From the human T2T-CHM13v2.0 reference genome, Homo sapiens: a stretch of DNA of 64,000 nt. Each line of letters begins with the position of its first letter. Within the stretch, counting starts at the first letter, position 1. Shown piece after piece: positions 1-13,296 of this stretch. The translations under genes were made by a program, and so were the position numbers. Below the pieces are notes generated by a model. That model was not told the DNA's origin. It ran no database searches and saw only the letters and a list, made by a program, of their open reading frames with translations. Location of the stretch: NCBI RefSeq assembly GCF_009914755.1, contig NC_060926.1. One strand, 5' to 3'.

Positions 1-1719
1 TGCACCAGCTTTGGAACCCAGGGATGATGACAGCTTGATCGTGGTGGATAAGTTTTTGATCTGCTGCTAGATTTGGTTTGTCAGTATTTTATTGAGGATT
101 TTTGCATCAATGTTTGTCAGGGATATTGGCCTAAAATTTTCTCTTTTTTCTTGTGTCTCTGCCAGGTTTTGGTATCAGGATGATGCTGACCTCATAAAAT
201 GAGTTAGGGAGGAGTCCCTCTTTTTCTATTGTTTGGAGTAGTTTTAGAAGGAATGGTACCAGCTCCTCTTTGTACCTCTGGTAGAATTCAGCTGTTAATT
301 CATCTCGTCCTAGGCTGTTTTTCGTTGGTAGGCTATTAATTACTGCCTCAATTTCAGAACTTGTTATTGGTCTACTCAGGGACTTGACTTCTTCCTGGTT
401 TAGTCTTGGGAGAATGTATGTGTCCAGGAATTTATCCATTTCTTCTAGATTTTCTAGTTTATTTGAGTAGAGGTGTTTATAGTATTCTCTGATGGTAGTT
501 TGTATTTCTGTGGGATCAGTGGTGATATCCCCTTTATCATTTTTTTATTGTGTCTATTTGATTCTTCTCTCTTTTCTTTTTTATTCATCTAGCTAGTGGT
601 CTATCTATTAATCTTTTCAAAGAACCAGCTCCTGGATTAATTGATTTTTGAAGGGTTTTTGGTGTCTCTATCTCCTGCAGTTCTGCTCTGATCTTAGTTA
701 TTTCTTGTCTTCTGCCATCTTTTGAATTTGTTTGCTCTTGCCTCTCTAGTTCTTTTAAATGTGAAGTTCAGGTGTCGGTTTCAGATCTTTCCACCTTTCA
801 GATGTGGGCATTTATTGCTATAAATTTCTCTCTCAACACTGCTTTAGCTGTGTCCCAGAGATCCTGCTACATTAGCTCTTTGTTCTCTTTGGCTTTAAAG
901 AACTTATTTTTTTCTGCCTTAATTTTGTTATTTAACCAGTAGTCATTCAGGAGCAGGTTGTTCAATTTCCATGTAGTTGTGCGGTTTTGAGTGAGTTTCT
1001 TAATCCTGAGTTCTAATTTGATTGTACTGTGATCTGAAAGACTGTTTGTTATGGTTTCCATTCTTTCGCATTTGCTGAGGAGTGTTTTACTTCCAATTAT
1101 GTGGTCAATTTTAGAATAAGTGCTATGTGGTGCTGAGAAGAATGTATATTCTGTTGATTTGGGGTGGAGAGTTCTGTAGATGTCTAATAGGTCAACTTGG
1201 TCCAGAGCTGGGTTCAAATCCTGAATATCCTTGTTACTTTTTTGTCTCATGGATCTGTCTAATATTGACAATGGGGTGTCAAAGTCTCCCACTATTATTG
1301 TGTGGGACTCTAAGTCTCTTTGTAGGACTCTAAAAACTTCTTTTATGGATCAGGGTGCTCCTGTATTGAGTGCATATATATTTAGGATAGATAGATCTTG
1401 TTGTTGCAATGATTCCTTTACCATTATGTTATCCTCTTCTTTACCTTTTTTGATCTTTGTTGGTTTAAAGTCCGTTTTATCAGAGACTAGGATTGCAACC
1501 CCTCCTTTATTTTTTCGCATTCCATTTGCTTGGTAAATATTTCTCCATCCTTTTATTTTGAGCCTATGTGTGTCTTTGCACATGAGATGGGTCTCCTAAA
1601 TACGGCACACCAGTGGGTCTTGACTCTATCCAATTTGCCAGTCTGTGCCTTCTAATTGGGGCATTTAGCCCATTTACATTTAAGGTTAATATTGTTATGT
1701 GAGAATTTGATCCTGTCAT
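1..1719 (-). pseudogene. L1 ORF2 (endonuclease/RT) N-terminal remnant, frameshifted
   Basis: rc ATGACAGGATCAAATTCTCACATAAC at 1719. Broken into ORFs 1350-1583, 867-1292 and 131-439. Confidence 0.9.
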
Positions 1720-1782
1720 CAAGATGTTAGCTGGTTATTTTGCACATTAGTTGAAGCAGTTTCTTAATAGTGTCATTGGTCT

Positions 1783-2778
1783 TTATATTTTGGTGTCTTT
1801 TTGCAGTGGCTGGTACTAGTTTTTCCTTTCCATATTTAGTGCTTCCTTCAGGAACTCTTGTAAGGCAGGCCTGCTTGTCTGGAAAGGATTTTTATTTCTT
1901 CTTCACTTATGAAGTTTAGTTTGGCTGGATCTGAAATTTTGGGTTGAAAATTCTTTTCTTTACGAATGTTGAATATTGGCCTCTACTCTTTTCTGGCTTG
2001 TAGGGTTTCTGCAGAAAGATCCACTGTTAGTCTAATGGGCTTCCCTTTGTAGGTAACCTGACCTTTCTCTTTGGCTTCCCTTAACATTTTTTCCTTTGTT
2101 TCAACCTTGGAGAATCTGACGATTATGTGTCTTGGGGGTTGCCCTTCTCAAGGAGTATCTTAGTGGTGTTCCCTATATTTCCTGAATTTGAACGTTGGCC
2201 TTTCTTGCTAGGTTGGGAAAGTTCTCCTAAATGATATCCTGAAGTGTGTTTTCCAACTTGGTTCCATTCTCCCTGTCAGTTTCAGGTACACCAATCAATC
2301 ATAGGTTTGGTCTTTTCACATAGTCCCATATTTCTTGTAGGCTTTGTTCATTCCTTTTCATTCTTTCTTCTCTAATCTTGTCTTCATGTCCTATTTCAGT
2401 AAATTGATCTCAATCTCTGATATCCTTTGTTCTGCTTGATTGGTTCAGTTATTCATACTTGTGTATACTTCACAAAGTTCTTGTGCTGTTTTTCAGCTCC
2501 ATCAGGTCATTTATGTTCCTCTCCAAACTGGTTATTCCAGTTAGCAGTTCCTGTCACCTTTTATCAAGGTTCTTAGATTCCTTACATTGAGTTAGAACAT
2601 GCCCCTTTAGCTCAGAGGAGTTTATTACCCACCTTCTGAAGCCTACTTCTGTCAATTCATCAATCTCACTCTCCATCCAGTTTTATGCCCTTGCTGGAGA
2701 GGAGTTGCGATCATTTGGAGACGAAGAGGCATTCTGTTTTTTTGAATTTTCAGCATTTTTGCACTGGTTTCTCCTCAT
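1783..2778 (-). pseudogene. L1 ORF1 remnant
   Basis: rc ATGAGGAGAAACCAGTGC (MRRNQCKNAENSK...) at 2778 and stop TAA at 1783-1785. Internal stops and a ~25 bp deletion near 1873. Confidence 0.85.
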
Positions 2779-4115
2779 CTTCGTGGATTTATCTACCTTT
2801 GATCTTTGCGGCTGATGAGCTTTGGATGGGGATTTTGGGTGGGGGGTCCTTTTTGTTGATGTTGATGTTGTTGCTTATTGTTTGTTAATTTTTCTTCTAA
2901 CAGTCAGGCCCCTCTTCTGCAAGTCCACTGCAGTTTGCTGGAGGTCCACTTCAGACCCTGTTCGCCTGGGTATCATCAGGGAAGGCTGCAGAACAGCAAA
3001 GATTGCTGCCTGCTCCTTCCTGTGGAAACTTTGTCCCAGAGGGGCACCAGTCTGATGCCAGCCAGAGCTCTCCTATATAAAGTGTCTGTCGACCCCTGTT
3101 AGGAGGTCTCTCCCAGCCAGGAGGCACGGGGGCCAGGGACCCACTTGAGGAGTCATTCTGTCCCTTAGCAGAGCTCAAGCACTGTGCTGGGAGAATCATC
3201 CTTGTCAGGATTAGCTGCTCTCTTTAGAGCTGGGAGGCCACAAAGTTTAAGTCTGCTGAAGCTGTTCCCACAGCTGCCCTTTCCCCCAGGCACTCTTTCC
3301 CACAGAGATGGGAGTTTCATCTGTAAGCCCCTGACTGGGGCTGCCGCATTTCCTTCAGAGATGTGCTGCCCAGTGTGGAGGAATCTAGAGAGGCAGTTTG
3401 GCTACAGCCACTTTGCCAAGCTGTGGTGAATTCCACCCAGGCCAAACCTCCTGGCCTCCTTAGCACTTTCAGGGGAAAACGACCTACTCAAGCCTCAGTA
3501 ATGGTGGATGCCCCTTCCCTCACGGAGCTTGATAGTCCCAGGTGGACTTCAGACTGCTGTGCTGGCAGTGAGAATTTCAAGTCAGAGCTTCTTAGCTTGC
3601 TGGGCTCTGTGGGAGTGGAACCTGCTGAGCGAGACCACTTGGCTCCCTGGCTTCAGGCCCCTTTCCAGGGGAGTGAACAGTTCAGTCTTGCTGGGGTTCC
3701 AGGTGCCACTTGAGTATGAAAATACTCCTGCAGCTAGTTCAGTGTCTGCCCAAACAGCCGCCCAGTTTTGTGCTTGAAATCCAGGGCCCTGCTAGTGTAG
3801 GCACATGAGGGAATCTCCTGATCCGCGGATTGCAAAAACCATGGGAAAAGCATAGTATCCGAGCTGGGTAGCACACTCCCTCACAGCTTCCCTTGGCTGA
3901 GGGAGGGAGGTCCCCCGCTCCTTGCACTTCCTGGGTGAGGTGATGCCCCACCCTGCTTCCTTTCACCATCCATGGGTTGCACCCACCGCCTAACCTGTCC
4001 CAATGAGATGAACTGGGTACCTCAGTTGGAGATGCAGAAATCACCCACCTTCTGTGTTAGTCTCACTGGGAGGTGCAGACTGGAGCTGTTCCTATTTGGC
4101 CATCTTGCTAGATCC
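2779..4115 (-). promoter_or_regulatory. L1 5'UTR internal promoter, with YY1 motif at 4098-4107
   Basis: GC-richer block upstream of ORF1. ggccatcttg is rc CAAGATGGCC, the L1 YY1 site. Confidence 0.75.
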
Positions 4116-4246
4116 CTGCAAATAATTAATTTCTTAAAGGAACATTTTATTCTGGCACATGCCCCTTCTTCTCATATGATTTCAGCAAAAGTGATCAAGT
4201 CCACAGCTCTAGCATTACATTTAGTTGATACAAATGAAGTTCATTT

Positions 4247-4570
4247 GGAGGGGCTGGTGGCTCACACCTGGAATCCCAACAATTTGGGAGGCCAAGGTGG
4301 GAGGATTTCTTGTACCCAGCAGTTTGAAACCAGCCTGGGCAACATACCAAAACCCCATCTCTACAAAAAATAACAATATTAGCCGGGAGTAGTGGCATGC
4401 GACTGTGGTCGCAGCTACTCGGGAGGCTGTGATGGGAGGATTGCTGGAGTCCAGGAAGCAGAGGTTGCAGCAAGCTGAGGTCACACCACTGCACTCCAGC
4501 CTGGATGACAGAGGAAGGTCCTGTATCAGAAAACAAAAAGAAACAAAAGAAAGAAATAAATAAAGAAAAT
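4247..4570 (+). mobile_element. AluJ (old, diverged)
   Basis: Dimeric Alu with GGGAGGATT..CCAGCCTGGGCAACATA and a degenerate A-tail. Confidence 0.9.
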
Positions 4571-5659
4571 AGTTAAGTTCAGTCTTTCTTTTTGGTGTGG
4601 TTAATTTAGAATCACCTGAGCTTCAGTGAAATTTAAGGAGAATTCTACAGTAGGACCTCGTTCCTAAAAGGCACAGAAAGGGAAAAGTGAATAGAATCAT
4701 AAGATGCCGAGCAGGAGACTTGGCATACTACAAGTGAATTTTTCATTATTATTTATCCTATTGTATAAAAAAATTAATTTTTAAAATATGCAATCCATTT
4801 TGAACTGGATTTCTATTACTTGTAGTAGAAAGCATTCCAACAGAAAGGACCAATTGAAGCCTCTGAAATAAATAGAATATGACACACATCCAGCAAAAAT
4901 GGGTTAATAACAAACAGATGGTTCAGATGCATGTAAATCAAGTTAAGTGATCTTTTTTGACACTTGCATTGTACAGGGTCATCATTTTATAGCCTTATTC
5001 CTCTGCATTTTTCCACATTTCTAAGGGATTTAGCTGTGTCTAACATTTCATGGGGAAACATATAACATATGCAAATTTACTTTTTCCGAGTGTTTATTTA
5101 AAAAAACTGAAGTAATTTAGTAACTCTGAATAATAATTTTCAAAGTTGAATAATATTTATTTGAATTAATTATATTCATTTTATATAATGCATAAGTACA
5201 CCAGATATTCACTTGTATCCAAATTTTATCAGGAACACCTAGCGCATGCATAATAAGTATCTATTTACCTTTATTTTCTAAATCATTGGCATACTTCCTC
5301 TTACCTCTTATTGCTGTGGTATATGATTACTAGAAAGAATAAGTTTTAATTCAAGTTAGATTCAATACAAATGGATGTCTCCTAGTGGAGAATCACACTA
5401 GTGATTGCCTCTAAAGATTCAAGCAAATGGTTCTCTCTGACTCTAGGGGACTTTTTTTTAATCTTCATTCTGAAAGCTTCTTTTCTGTACTTGACTGTGG
5501 CTAGACCAAGCTGGAGATTGAAATTGACAATAAGCATAAATTCACCTATGATGGGGCTCAATTATGCGCTCATAAGGAAAGAGTAAACTAGCCCATTAGC
5601 ACATTCTAGTTACCCATTCATCTCTTTGGAATTCTATGGACCTGTAGAAAATGGCATTC

Positions 5660-5920
5660 ATTTCATGTTCTCATTTATAAATGGGAACTGGATAATGAGA
5701 ACACATGGACACAGGGAGGGGAACAACACACTCTGGAGCCTGTTGGGGGAGGATTTTGGGGGAGATGATCAGGAAAAATATCTAATGTATGCCGGGCACA
5801 ATACATAGGTGATGGGTTGATAGGTGCAGCAAACCACCATGGCACACATTTACCTGTGTAACAAACCTGCACATACTGCATATGTACCCCAAAACTTAAG
5901 AGAAAAATAATAAAAAAAGA
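5660..5920 (+). mobile_element. L1PA (L1PA13-16 type) 3' end fragment
   Basis: GGTGCAGCAAACCACCATGGCACAC..AACCTGCACAT 3'UTR motifs and an A-rich tail. Confidence 0.85.
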
Positions 5921-7218
5921 ATGGTCTTTTCTCTTGGTATCTGCATCGACTTAGTTGGATTCTATGACAGTATGTATAAAAGAAAGGAACATTCCAGTGG
6001 GTACTATGTCAGAAGAAATAATGAAAGAATTAGTATTCTTTTCTCCTGATTTTAATTAATATCCACAAGTGACACATACCTTTTTTATGTACTTAGCAGA
6101 GAAAATAAATGTAATCTGGCATTAAATCTTTTTCACAATTATTGTTTCTCACCCTTACATATGTTGGCATATGTTAGTTAAAGAGATTTTCTTTTGCTAT
6201 TCAAAGCTACTGGTTTTCCAAGTTAATCTTCTTCCTGATCTTTTTTCCCTCCCAACTTCACGTATAGTCAAATTGAATACTGACTCTTGAACTTTTCATG
6301 GCCTGCTGCCCCATTTTCCTTAGCATGTAAGTGTTTTGATTTTTAAAAATATTTCTAAAATCCAAAATGCTTCTAATAATCTTTCGCAGGAAAATTTCTT
6401 GAAAAAATTATTTCCTTTTGGCTTTCTATAAAACTAGAAGATGAACATTCATTGGGTTAAAATGCTGGAGTATGTTTTCTTCTTTTTCTGAGCATTATTT
6501 TGTTATTATATCTCTATCATATCCTGTATAGCTTGTGATGTAAGAGGAAGTCATTGGAATGAGGAAGATTGGGTTGGGCTTCAGAAAACTAAGACAAACT
6601 AAGAAAAGGTCTTGAATGCTAAGTAGAAATGGATTTAGGGTAGATAGATTAGTCCTTTATTCTAAGGGATAATTTTTTTATTCTCTCTTTTATTGGAATT
6701 GGATTAATAGAAAATCAGCATTAGGGGTTAGACATAAAAGGAAGAGAAAAAATATCACTCAGTGTGTTTTTAGTTTTCTAGTCTTTACTATTTCTTGTAG
6801 CTTAGGAATGGTTCCCTGTTTTCCAGCATACCTTTGCTTAGGTATACATGCATTATCTAAGTGTTCTTTGCTATTTGCAGGCTGCGGTTTGGGTAGATGA
6901 ACACATAAATATTTAAAATTTCTAGCCCCTGCTAAGTGTCGTTTCACAAAAGTTACATCTTCCTCAACTCTAAATCCTTCCTCAGAGCCCTTCTTATTAT
7001 ACTCTCGGCATTTCATTGTTTTCTTTGACATAAGCATGTTTCAGTTATAATCTAAGCTGACCTCTTGGCAGCTTCTGATACTATATTCTATTTCTTTCTT
7101 CTCTACATATCCCTCTGTAATTTCAGTTTGTTGTGTACTTCTGGTTTTTCTCCTACTTCATTAACTATTCCTTCTCTCTCTTTATTGCTTTGTTCTAGCA
7201 ACATGTTTGTTTACTTGG

Positions 7219-10193
7219 TGTATTAACCTGTTATCATGCTGCTAATAAAGACATACCTGAGATTGGGTAATTTATAAAGAAAAGATGTTTAATTGACTCA
7301 CAGTTCCACATGGCTGGGGGAGACTTACAGTCATGGCAGGAGGTGAAGGAGGGGCAAAGTCATGTCTTACATGGTAGCAGGCAAGAGAGTGTGTGCAGGG
7401 GAACTCCCCTTAATAAAATCATCAGAACTTGTGAGACTTATTCACTATCACGAGAACAGCATGGGAGCGATCCACTCTCATGATTCAATTACCTCCCACC
7501 GGGTCCCTCCCATGACACACGGAAATTATGGGAGCTACAATTCAAGATGAGATTTGGGTGGAGACACAGCCAAACCGTATCATTCCACCCCTGGCCCCAC
7601 CCAAATTTCATGTCTTCACATTTCAAAACCAATCATGCCTTCCCAACAGTCCCCCAAAGTCTTAGTTCATTTCAGCATTAACTCAAAAGTTCACAGTCCG
7701 AAGTCTCATCTGAGACAAAGCACATCCCTTCCACCTGTGAGCATGTAAAATCAAAAGCAAGTTACATACTTCCTAGATACAATGAGGGTAGAGGAATTGG
7801 GTAAATACACCTGTTCCGAATACACCTGGCCAGACTAAAAGGCTACAGGCCCCATGCAAGTCCAAAATCCAGCAGGGCAGTTAAATAAAGCTCCAAAATG
7901 ATCTCCTTTGACTCCATGTCTCACATCCAGGGCATGCTGATGAAAGAGATGGGTTCCCATGGTCTTGAGCAGCTCTACCCCTGCAGCTTTGCAGGGTATA
8001 GCCCCACTCTTGGCTGCTTTCATGGGCTGGTGTTGAGTGTCAGTGGCTTTTCTAGGTATACAGTGCAAGCTGTTGGTGGATCTACCATTCTGGGGTATGG
8101 AAGACAGTGGGTCTCTTCTCACAGCTCCACTAGTCAGTGCCCCAGTGGGGATTCCATGGGGGTGCTCTAACCCCACATTTCCCTTCCACACTGCTCTAGC
8201 AGAGATTCTCCTTGAGGGCCCCACTCCTGCAGCAAACTTCTGCGTGGACATCCAGGCATTTCCATAGATCCTCTGAAATCTAGGTGGAGGTTCCCAAACC
8301 TCAATTGTTGAATTCTGTGTACCCACAGGCTCAACGCCACATGGAAGCTTCCAAGGCTTGGGGCTTGCACCCTCTGAAACCATGGTCAGAACTGTACCTT
8401 GTCCCCTTTTAGCCATGGTTGGGGCAGCTGGGATGTAGGGCACCAAGTCCCTAGGCTGCACATAGCAGCAGTCCCTGGACCTGGCCCAAGAAACCATTTT
8501 TTCTTCCTAGACCTCTGGGTCTGTGATGAGAGGGGCTGGCATGAAGTTCTCTGACAGGCCCTGGAGACATTTTCCCCATTGTCTTGGTTATTAGCCTTTG
8601 GCCCCTCATTACTTATGCAAATTTCTGCAGCTTGCTTGAGTTTCTTCCCAGAAAATGGGTTTTTCTTTTCTATTGCATCATCAGGTTGCAAATTTTTCAA
8701 AGTTTTTATGCTCTGCTTTCTTTTGAACACTTTGCCACTTAGACATTTTTTTCCACCAGATACCCTAAATCATCTCTCTCAATTTCAAAGTTCCACAGAT
8801 CTCTAGGGCAAGGGCAAAATGCAACCAGTCTCTTTGCTAAGCATAATAAGAGTTACTTTTCTTCAGTTTCCAACAAGTGCCTCATCTCCTCTTGAGACCA
8901 CCTCAGCCTGGACTTTATTGTCCATACTATCAGCATTTTGGTCAAAGCCATTCAACAAGTCTCTAGGAAGTTCTAAACTTTCACACATTTTCCTGTCTTC
9001 TGAACCCTCCAAGTCTCTAGGAAATTTCAAACATTTTCCTATCTTCTTCTGAGCCCTCCAAACTATTCCAACCTCTGCCTGTTTGTTACCTAGTTCAAGT
9101 CACTTCCACATTTTCAGGTATCTTTACAGCAGCGTAACTGCTCAATGGGTTCACTTTGCACACTGCCTAGAGAGAGCCGATTTATCAAGACAGGGGAATC
9201 GCAATAGAGAAAGAGTAATTCATGCAAAGCTGCTGTGCAGGAGACTGGAGTTTTATTATTACTCAAACCTTTCTCCCAGAACATTTGGGGATCAGAGTTT
9301 TTAAGAACAACTTGGTGGGTGGGGGAAAGCCAGTGAGCCAGGAGTGCTGATAGGTCAGGGATGAAATGATTGGGAGTTGAAGCTGTCTTCTTACACTGAC
9401 TCAGTTCCTGGGTGAAGGAGGGAGCACAAGATCAGATGAGCCAGTTTATCCATTTGGGTGGTGCCAGCTGATCCATCAAGTACAGGGTCTGTAAAATATC
9501 TCAAGCACTGCTCTTAGGAGCAGTTTAGGGAGGGTCAGAATCTTGTAGCCTCCAGCTGCATGATTCCTAAACCATAATTTCTAATTCTGTGGCTAATGTT
9601 AGTGCTACAAAGCCAATCTAGTCACTGGGCAAGAAGGAGGTTTGCTTTGGGAAAGAGATGTTATCATCTTTGTTTTAAACTGTAAACTGAGTTTCTCCCA
9701 AAGTTAGTTTAGCCTACGCCCAGGAATGAACAAAGACAGCGTGCAGGTTAGAAGCAAGATGGAGCTGATTAAATTAGATCTTTCACTGTCTTAGTCATAA
9801 TTTTGCAAAGGCACTTTCATCAGCACCCCACACTACTGGTACCAATTTACTGTATTAGTCTGTTCTCACACTGTCATACCTGAGATTGGGTAATTTATAA
9901 AGGAAAGAGGCTTAAGTGACTCAGAGTTCCACATGGCTGGGGAAGCCTCACAATCTCGGTGGAAAGCAAAAGAGGAGCAAAGTCCCGTCTTACCTGGCGG
10001 CAGGCAAGAGAGCTAGTGCCCCTTTATAAAATCATCACATCTCATGAGACTTATTCACTATCATGAGAACACCACGGGAAAGACTCGCCCCCTGATTCAA
10101 TCGCCTCCCACCGGCTTCCTCCCACAACACATGGAAATTATGGGAGCTAAATTTCAAGATGGTATTTGGGTAGGGACACAGCCAACCATATCA
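7219..10193 (-). mobile_element. Full-length THE1C-type MaLR provirus (LTR 7219-7582, internal, LTR 9851-10193)
   Basis: Two THE1 LTRs (tgtatt...tatca), THE1-int with degenerate ORF 7835-8497, and a 5-bp TSD CTTGG (7214-7218)/CTTGT (10194-10198). Confidence 0.92.
9133..9819 (-). mobile_element. LTR8 solo LTR (ERV1) nested in THE1-int
   Basis: rc starts TGAAAGTGCCTTTGCAAAATTATGACTAAGACAGTGAAAGATCT. About 690 bp with a 4-bp TSD GCAG/TCAG, and THE1-int resumes exactly on both sides. Confidence 0.88.
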
Positions 10194-10199
10194 CTTGTT

Positions 10200-10400
10200 T
10201 TTTTTCTTCTTATTATTATTGATTAATTCTTTTCTTTTTCCTCTATTTCTGTTTCTTCTCCTCCTTCTCCCTCACCCGTGCCCCCTCTTTCTCTCTCTTC
10301 CCCATTTCCTTTCTCCTCTCCTCTCCTCTCTCCTCTTTCTTTTCCCTTCTTCTTTGCCCCTTTCCTTTCTTCCTCCCTTCCATCCCTCTTCTCTGGTTCT
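10200..10400. repeat. CT-rich low-complexity tract
   Basis: Polypyrimidine (CTCCT/CTTT)n. Confidence 0.85.
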
Positions 10401-11079
10401 ATTTTTGGTGCTGTTTCAACATTAGGTGCTGAGACTTAGCTTAATAATATCCTCCTATGATTTTTTTTAAATTTACAGTTTGGCCTATTCTTTCCCAAAC
10501 TTTCCTTTAACAGTGTTTAAGGTTTTTGGTTTTTTTTTAACTGTAAATGAAAACTTTTTAGATAATATATTGTTGAATATCATATTTCTCACCAGTTTGA
10601 GAGTATTAATTGATGGGTTAAACTTATTTATATCTATTGTAAGTACAGCTACACAATCATTCAATCATACTACATTGTTTCTCATTTGTTCCACTTAGTG
10701 TATTTACATTACTTCCTTTTCTAATTTTTATTGCATAGATCAATTTTTCTTCTGCTAATTTTAAAGTTATGCACTAAATTTATTTTTTATTATTCCCCCT
10801 AATATAAGCCAGACTTATGTTCATTTACAACTATTCATTTAATAACTTATCAATATTTCTATCCTTCCAGGAAAACTTATGTATTTCTTTAGGTCCATTT
10901 GTTTCTTCTATTTATTCCCAAGCTTTCATTACGTCTACATTGTGTTAAGATTTTTGTTCTACAATGTTATTTTTCTTTTAATTTTTATACTCCCCTGTGG
11001 CACTTCATCCAATGACAAACATTCATTTATCTCATAAAATGAGTAGTGTGTCTATGTGTGTATTAGAGTCACATTAAAC

Positions 11080-11930
11080 ATTTATATAAATTTTAGCTCT
11101 AGACATTGATCCTGAACATCAAACCTCCATATTCCTAGGCAACTAAAATTTAAAGTGCCCCAGATTAATTTATTCACATTTCTGTCTATATGTGCTCATT
11201 CTTTATTTTCTAAGCTCTCCACACTTATTCAGACTACAATCCATCCACAGGCCACATAGATAGACACTAACTCACAGCTACAGATATTTTCCCACTTCCC
11301 ACAAGAAATCTTGACATATATCATCTGTTCTCTGAACTACTGGGATATACTTTTAATTAGTCTTCATGATTCAAGTTTTTTAAAACTCTTATACAACCTT
11401 CAGATTACTTGCTGAATGATTTGATAGAGTAGCATTTGATAATATAATCACAGCTTCAACAAATGTTAGTAAATAAATTTTTTTCACCTTTAACAGGCCT
11501 CTCCCGCGTCATAATCTCACTCTCCTCCTGTAAACTCATGCACTTTATCTAAGTCAATTTGTCACCATTGTTTAAATAGACTATATTCATGTATGTCTCC
11601 TGTGTTTATTTTCCCTTTTGTCTACCTTCCTCTACTTGTTTATCTAAAAAATTACATACCCTTCTACATTTAGGTTAATCATCACTTTTTCTAAAAAACT
11701 TCACAGTAGAGCACCATAGAAGCAGACTTGTTCCTTCTTTTACACTTAGCACTTTGCTAATGCCCCTTTCTTAACCCTCATTTCAATATATTGTGCTTAT
11801 CCGTATTTTAGTTTGTTTCCCTAAGCTACAGCATGAACATCTCTAGGACAGGAACAATGCCCTAGTCATTTATTTTTGTAGTGTCACTTTCAATGCCTGG
11901 TAGAATTTCTTCAACGAGTTAACAGATGCT
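11080..11930 (+). mobile_element. L2 LINE 3' remnant (ancient)
   Basis: Degenerate L2 3' motifs, e.g. ctacagcatgaacatctctaggacaggaac..tgcctggta. Confidence 0.5.
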
Positions 11931-13296
11931 GAGATGTGTTACTGTTCTGAAAGATAATGCATGCTAAAGCAACATAAGGTATTGTGTTAGGTGTTAGTGC
12001 AAAGTGATATAATGGAAAATGCATGTACTTTAGATCCAAACAGACTTCCACAAGTTTTATATTTTATTATGTTTAAATTGAAAATGAATTTAAAGACACT
12101 AGATTAATTTAATGTATATTTATCCTGTATAATTGTGCCATGCTAAGAACTGTTAAGAATAAAAGGAAAAAAATCATACAATTCTTTTCTGACCACTTTT
12201 AGTTGAAAGGCTTGAGAATAAGGCATCTATGGCATATTATATTCCCCAGGAAGATGCTTCCTAGACAAAGATTAGTTTGCAAATGATTTGTTAAGAAGTG
12301 TTCACTTAGGAACATCACCTGCAAAAGGGATGAGAGGAAAACAATTAGGTATAGAAAAATAGTGACCTAAAATGCAGTCATACCCTAGGGGCTTAGTTTA
12401 ATTCAAAGTGAGTTCTCAGTTTGGGAAGGCACTACAGAGTTATTCCAAGCTAGAGAAAGAGGTCTGGGTCTTTATATTTCTGATAGTGCCTAATTGTTGG
12501 ATGGAGGCTGCCCAAAAGGTTGGGTTAATCTTGAGTGAGATAATTGTCTCCAATGACTGCTAACAGCTGAGAGCTACCTTCTGGCAGCACTCTAAAAACC
12601 TGGGAGAATATGTTTTTAAAGGAGGGTCTAGATGGTGGTGGTATATCAAAACATGCAGCCTGTTCACCCTGAAGGTATACATATATATAACAGATTTTTG
12701 GAGATGCTTACAGGCCAATTTTCCTGGATAAAACAAAACATAATAGAAAATTAGTGAAAGAAACCTCAGCCTCTTGCTGGTTTTGAGGCCACAATTTGTA
12801 CTCATTATATTTCTCCTCTATTCTTATTCTATATTTTGTTCTGCCTTGGCTAGCACATCTGCTGAGCCCAGTGACACAATGTACACCTCATTCTTGAGTA
12901 ATATGAGCCAACATTTATAATGCCCTTCTTAGATCACTGCTGCTGCACTTGTCCATTTACCATCAAAATTAGCAGATAATACCAATATATGCCCAGGTGA
13001 TTTGCCTGAGTGTCAAACATATTGCCCCATGAGACCATTGTTTAGCAGCAGATCAACCCCTTTCTGATTGTCAGAGTCATCAGATTACACTGTGGGTGAA
13101 ATTTGGGTCTGCTACTTGGTTGAGTTGTCACTACTCCACTCTCATTAAAAAAAAACAAAAAAAAACAGGCTAAGACTGTTACATTAAATGGAGATATAAT
13201 GGGTACCATCAGTTATTGGGATGCAATACTGCATGTGGTTTATATTTTTGCCAAAGTACAGGGAAGTTTCAGAAAATTCTACTTGGGTTTCTCTAT

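Larger units (their letters stand above)
1..4115 (-). mobile_element. LINE-1 (older primate L1PA, approx. L1PA8-L1PA11), 5' half: 5'UTR, ORF1, start of ORF2; continues off the left edge
   Basis: ORF fragments match L1 ORF2p endonuclease and Z region ([35 protein letters not shown]). ORF1-like start and an L1 5' terminus (rc CAAGATGGCCAAATAGGAACAGCTCC) near 4083-4107. Confidence 0.95.

Noticed and set aside
2685-4373. Cluster of overlapping ORFs, possibly ORF0-like
   Set aside because: Expected in a GC-richer L1 5'UTR. No recognisable ORF0 peptide, and ORF0 is described mainly for younger L1PA.
7835-8497. 220-aa ORF
   Set aside because: It is the degenerate THE1-int ORF, common to MaLR copies.
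8955-9062. ~55-bp tandem duplication in THE1-int
   Set aside because: I recall it as a feature of some THE1/MST internal consensus sequences, so it is probably inherited rather than locus-specific.
10195-10425. Hydrophobic 'membrane-like' short ORFs (also 27069-27446, 37096-37545)
   Set aside because: Artefacts of T-rich low complexity or antisense L1.
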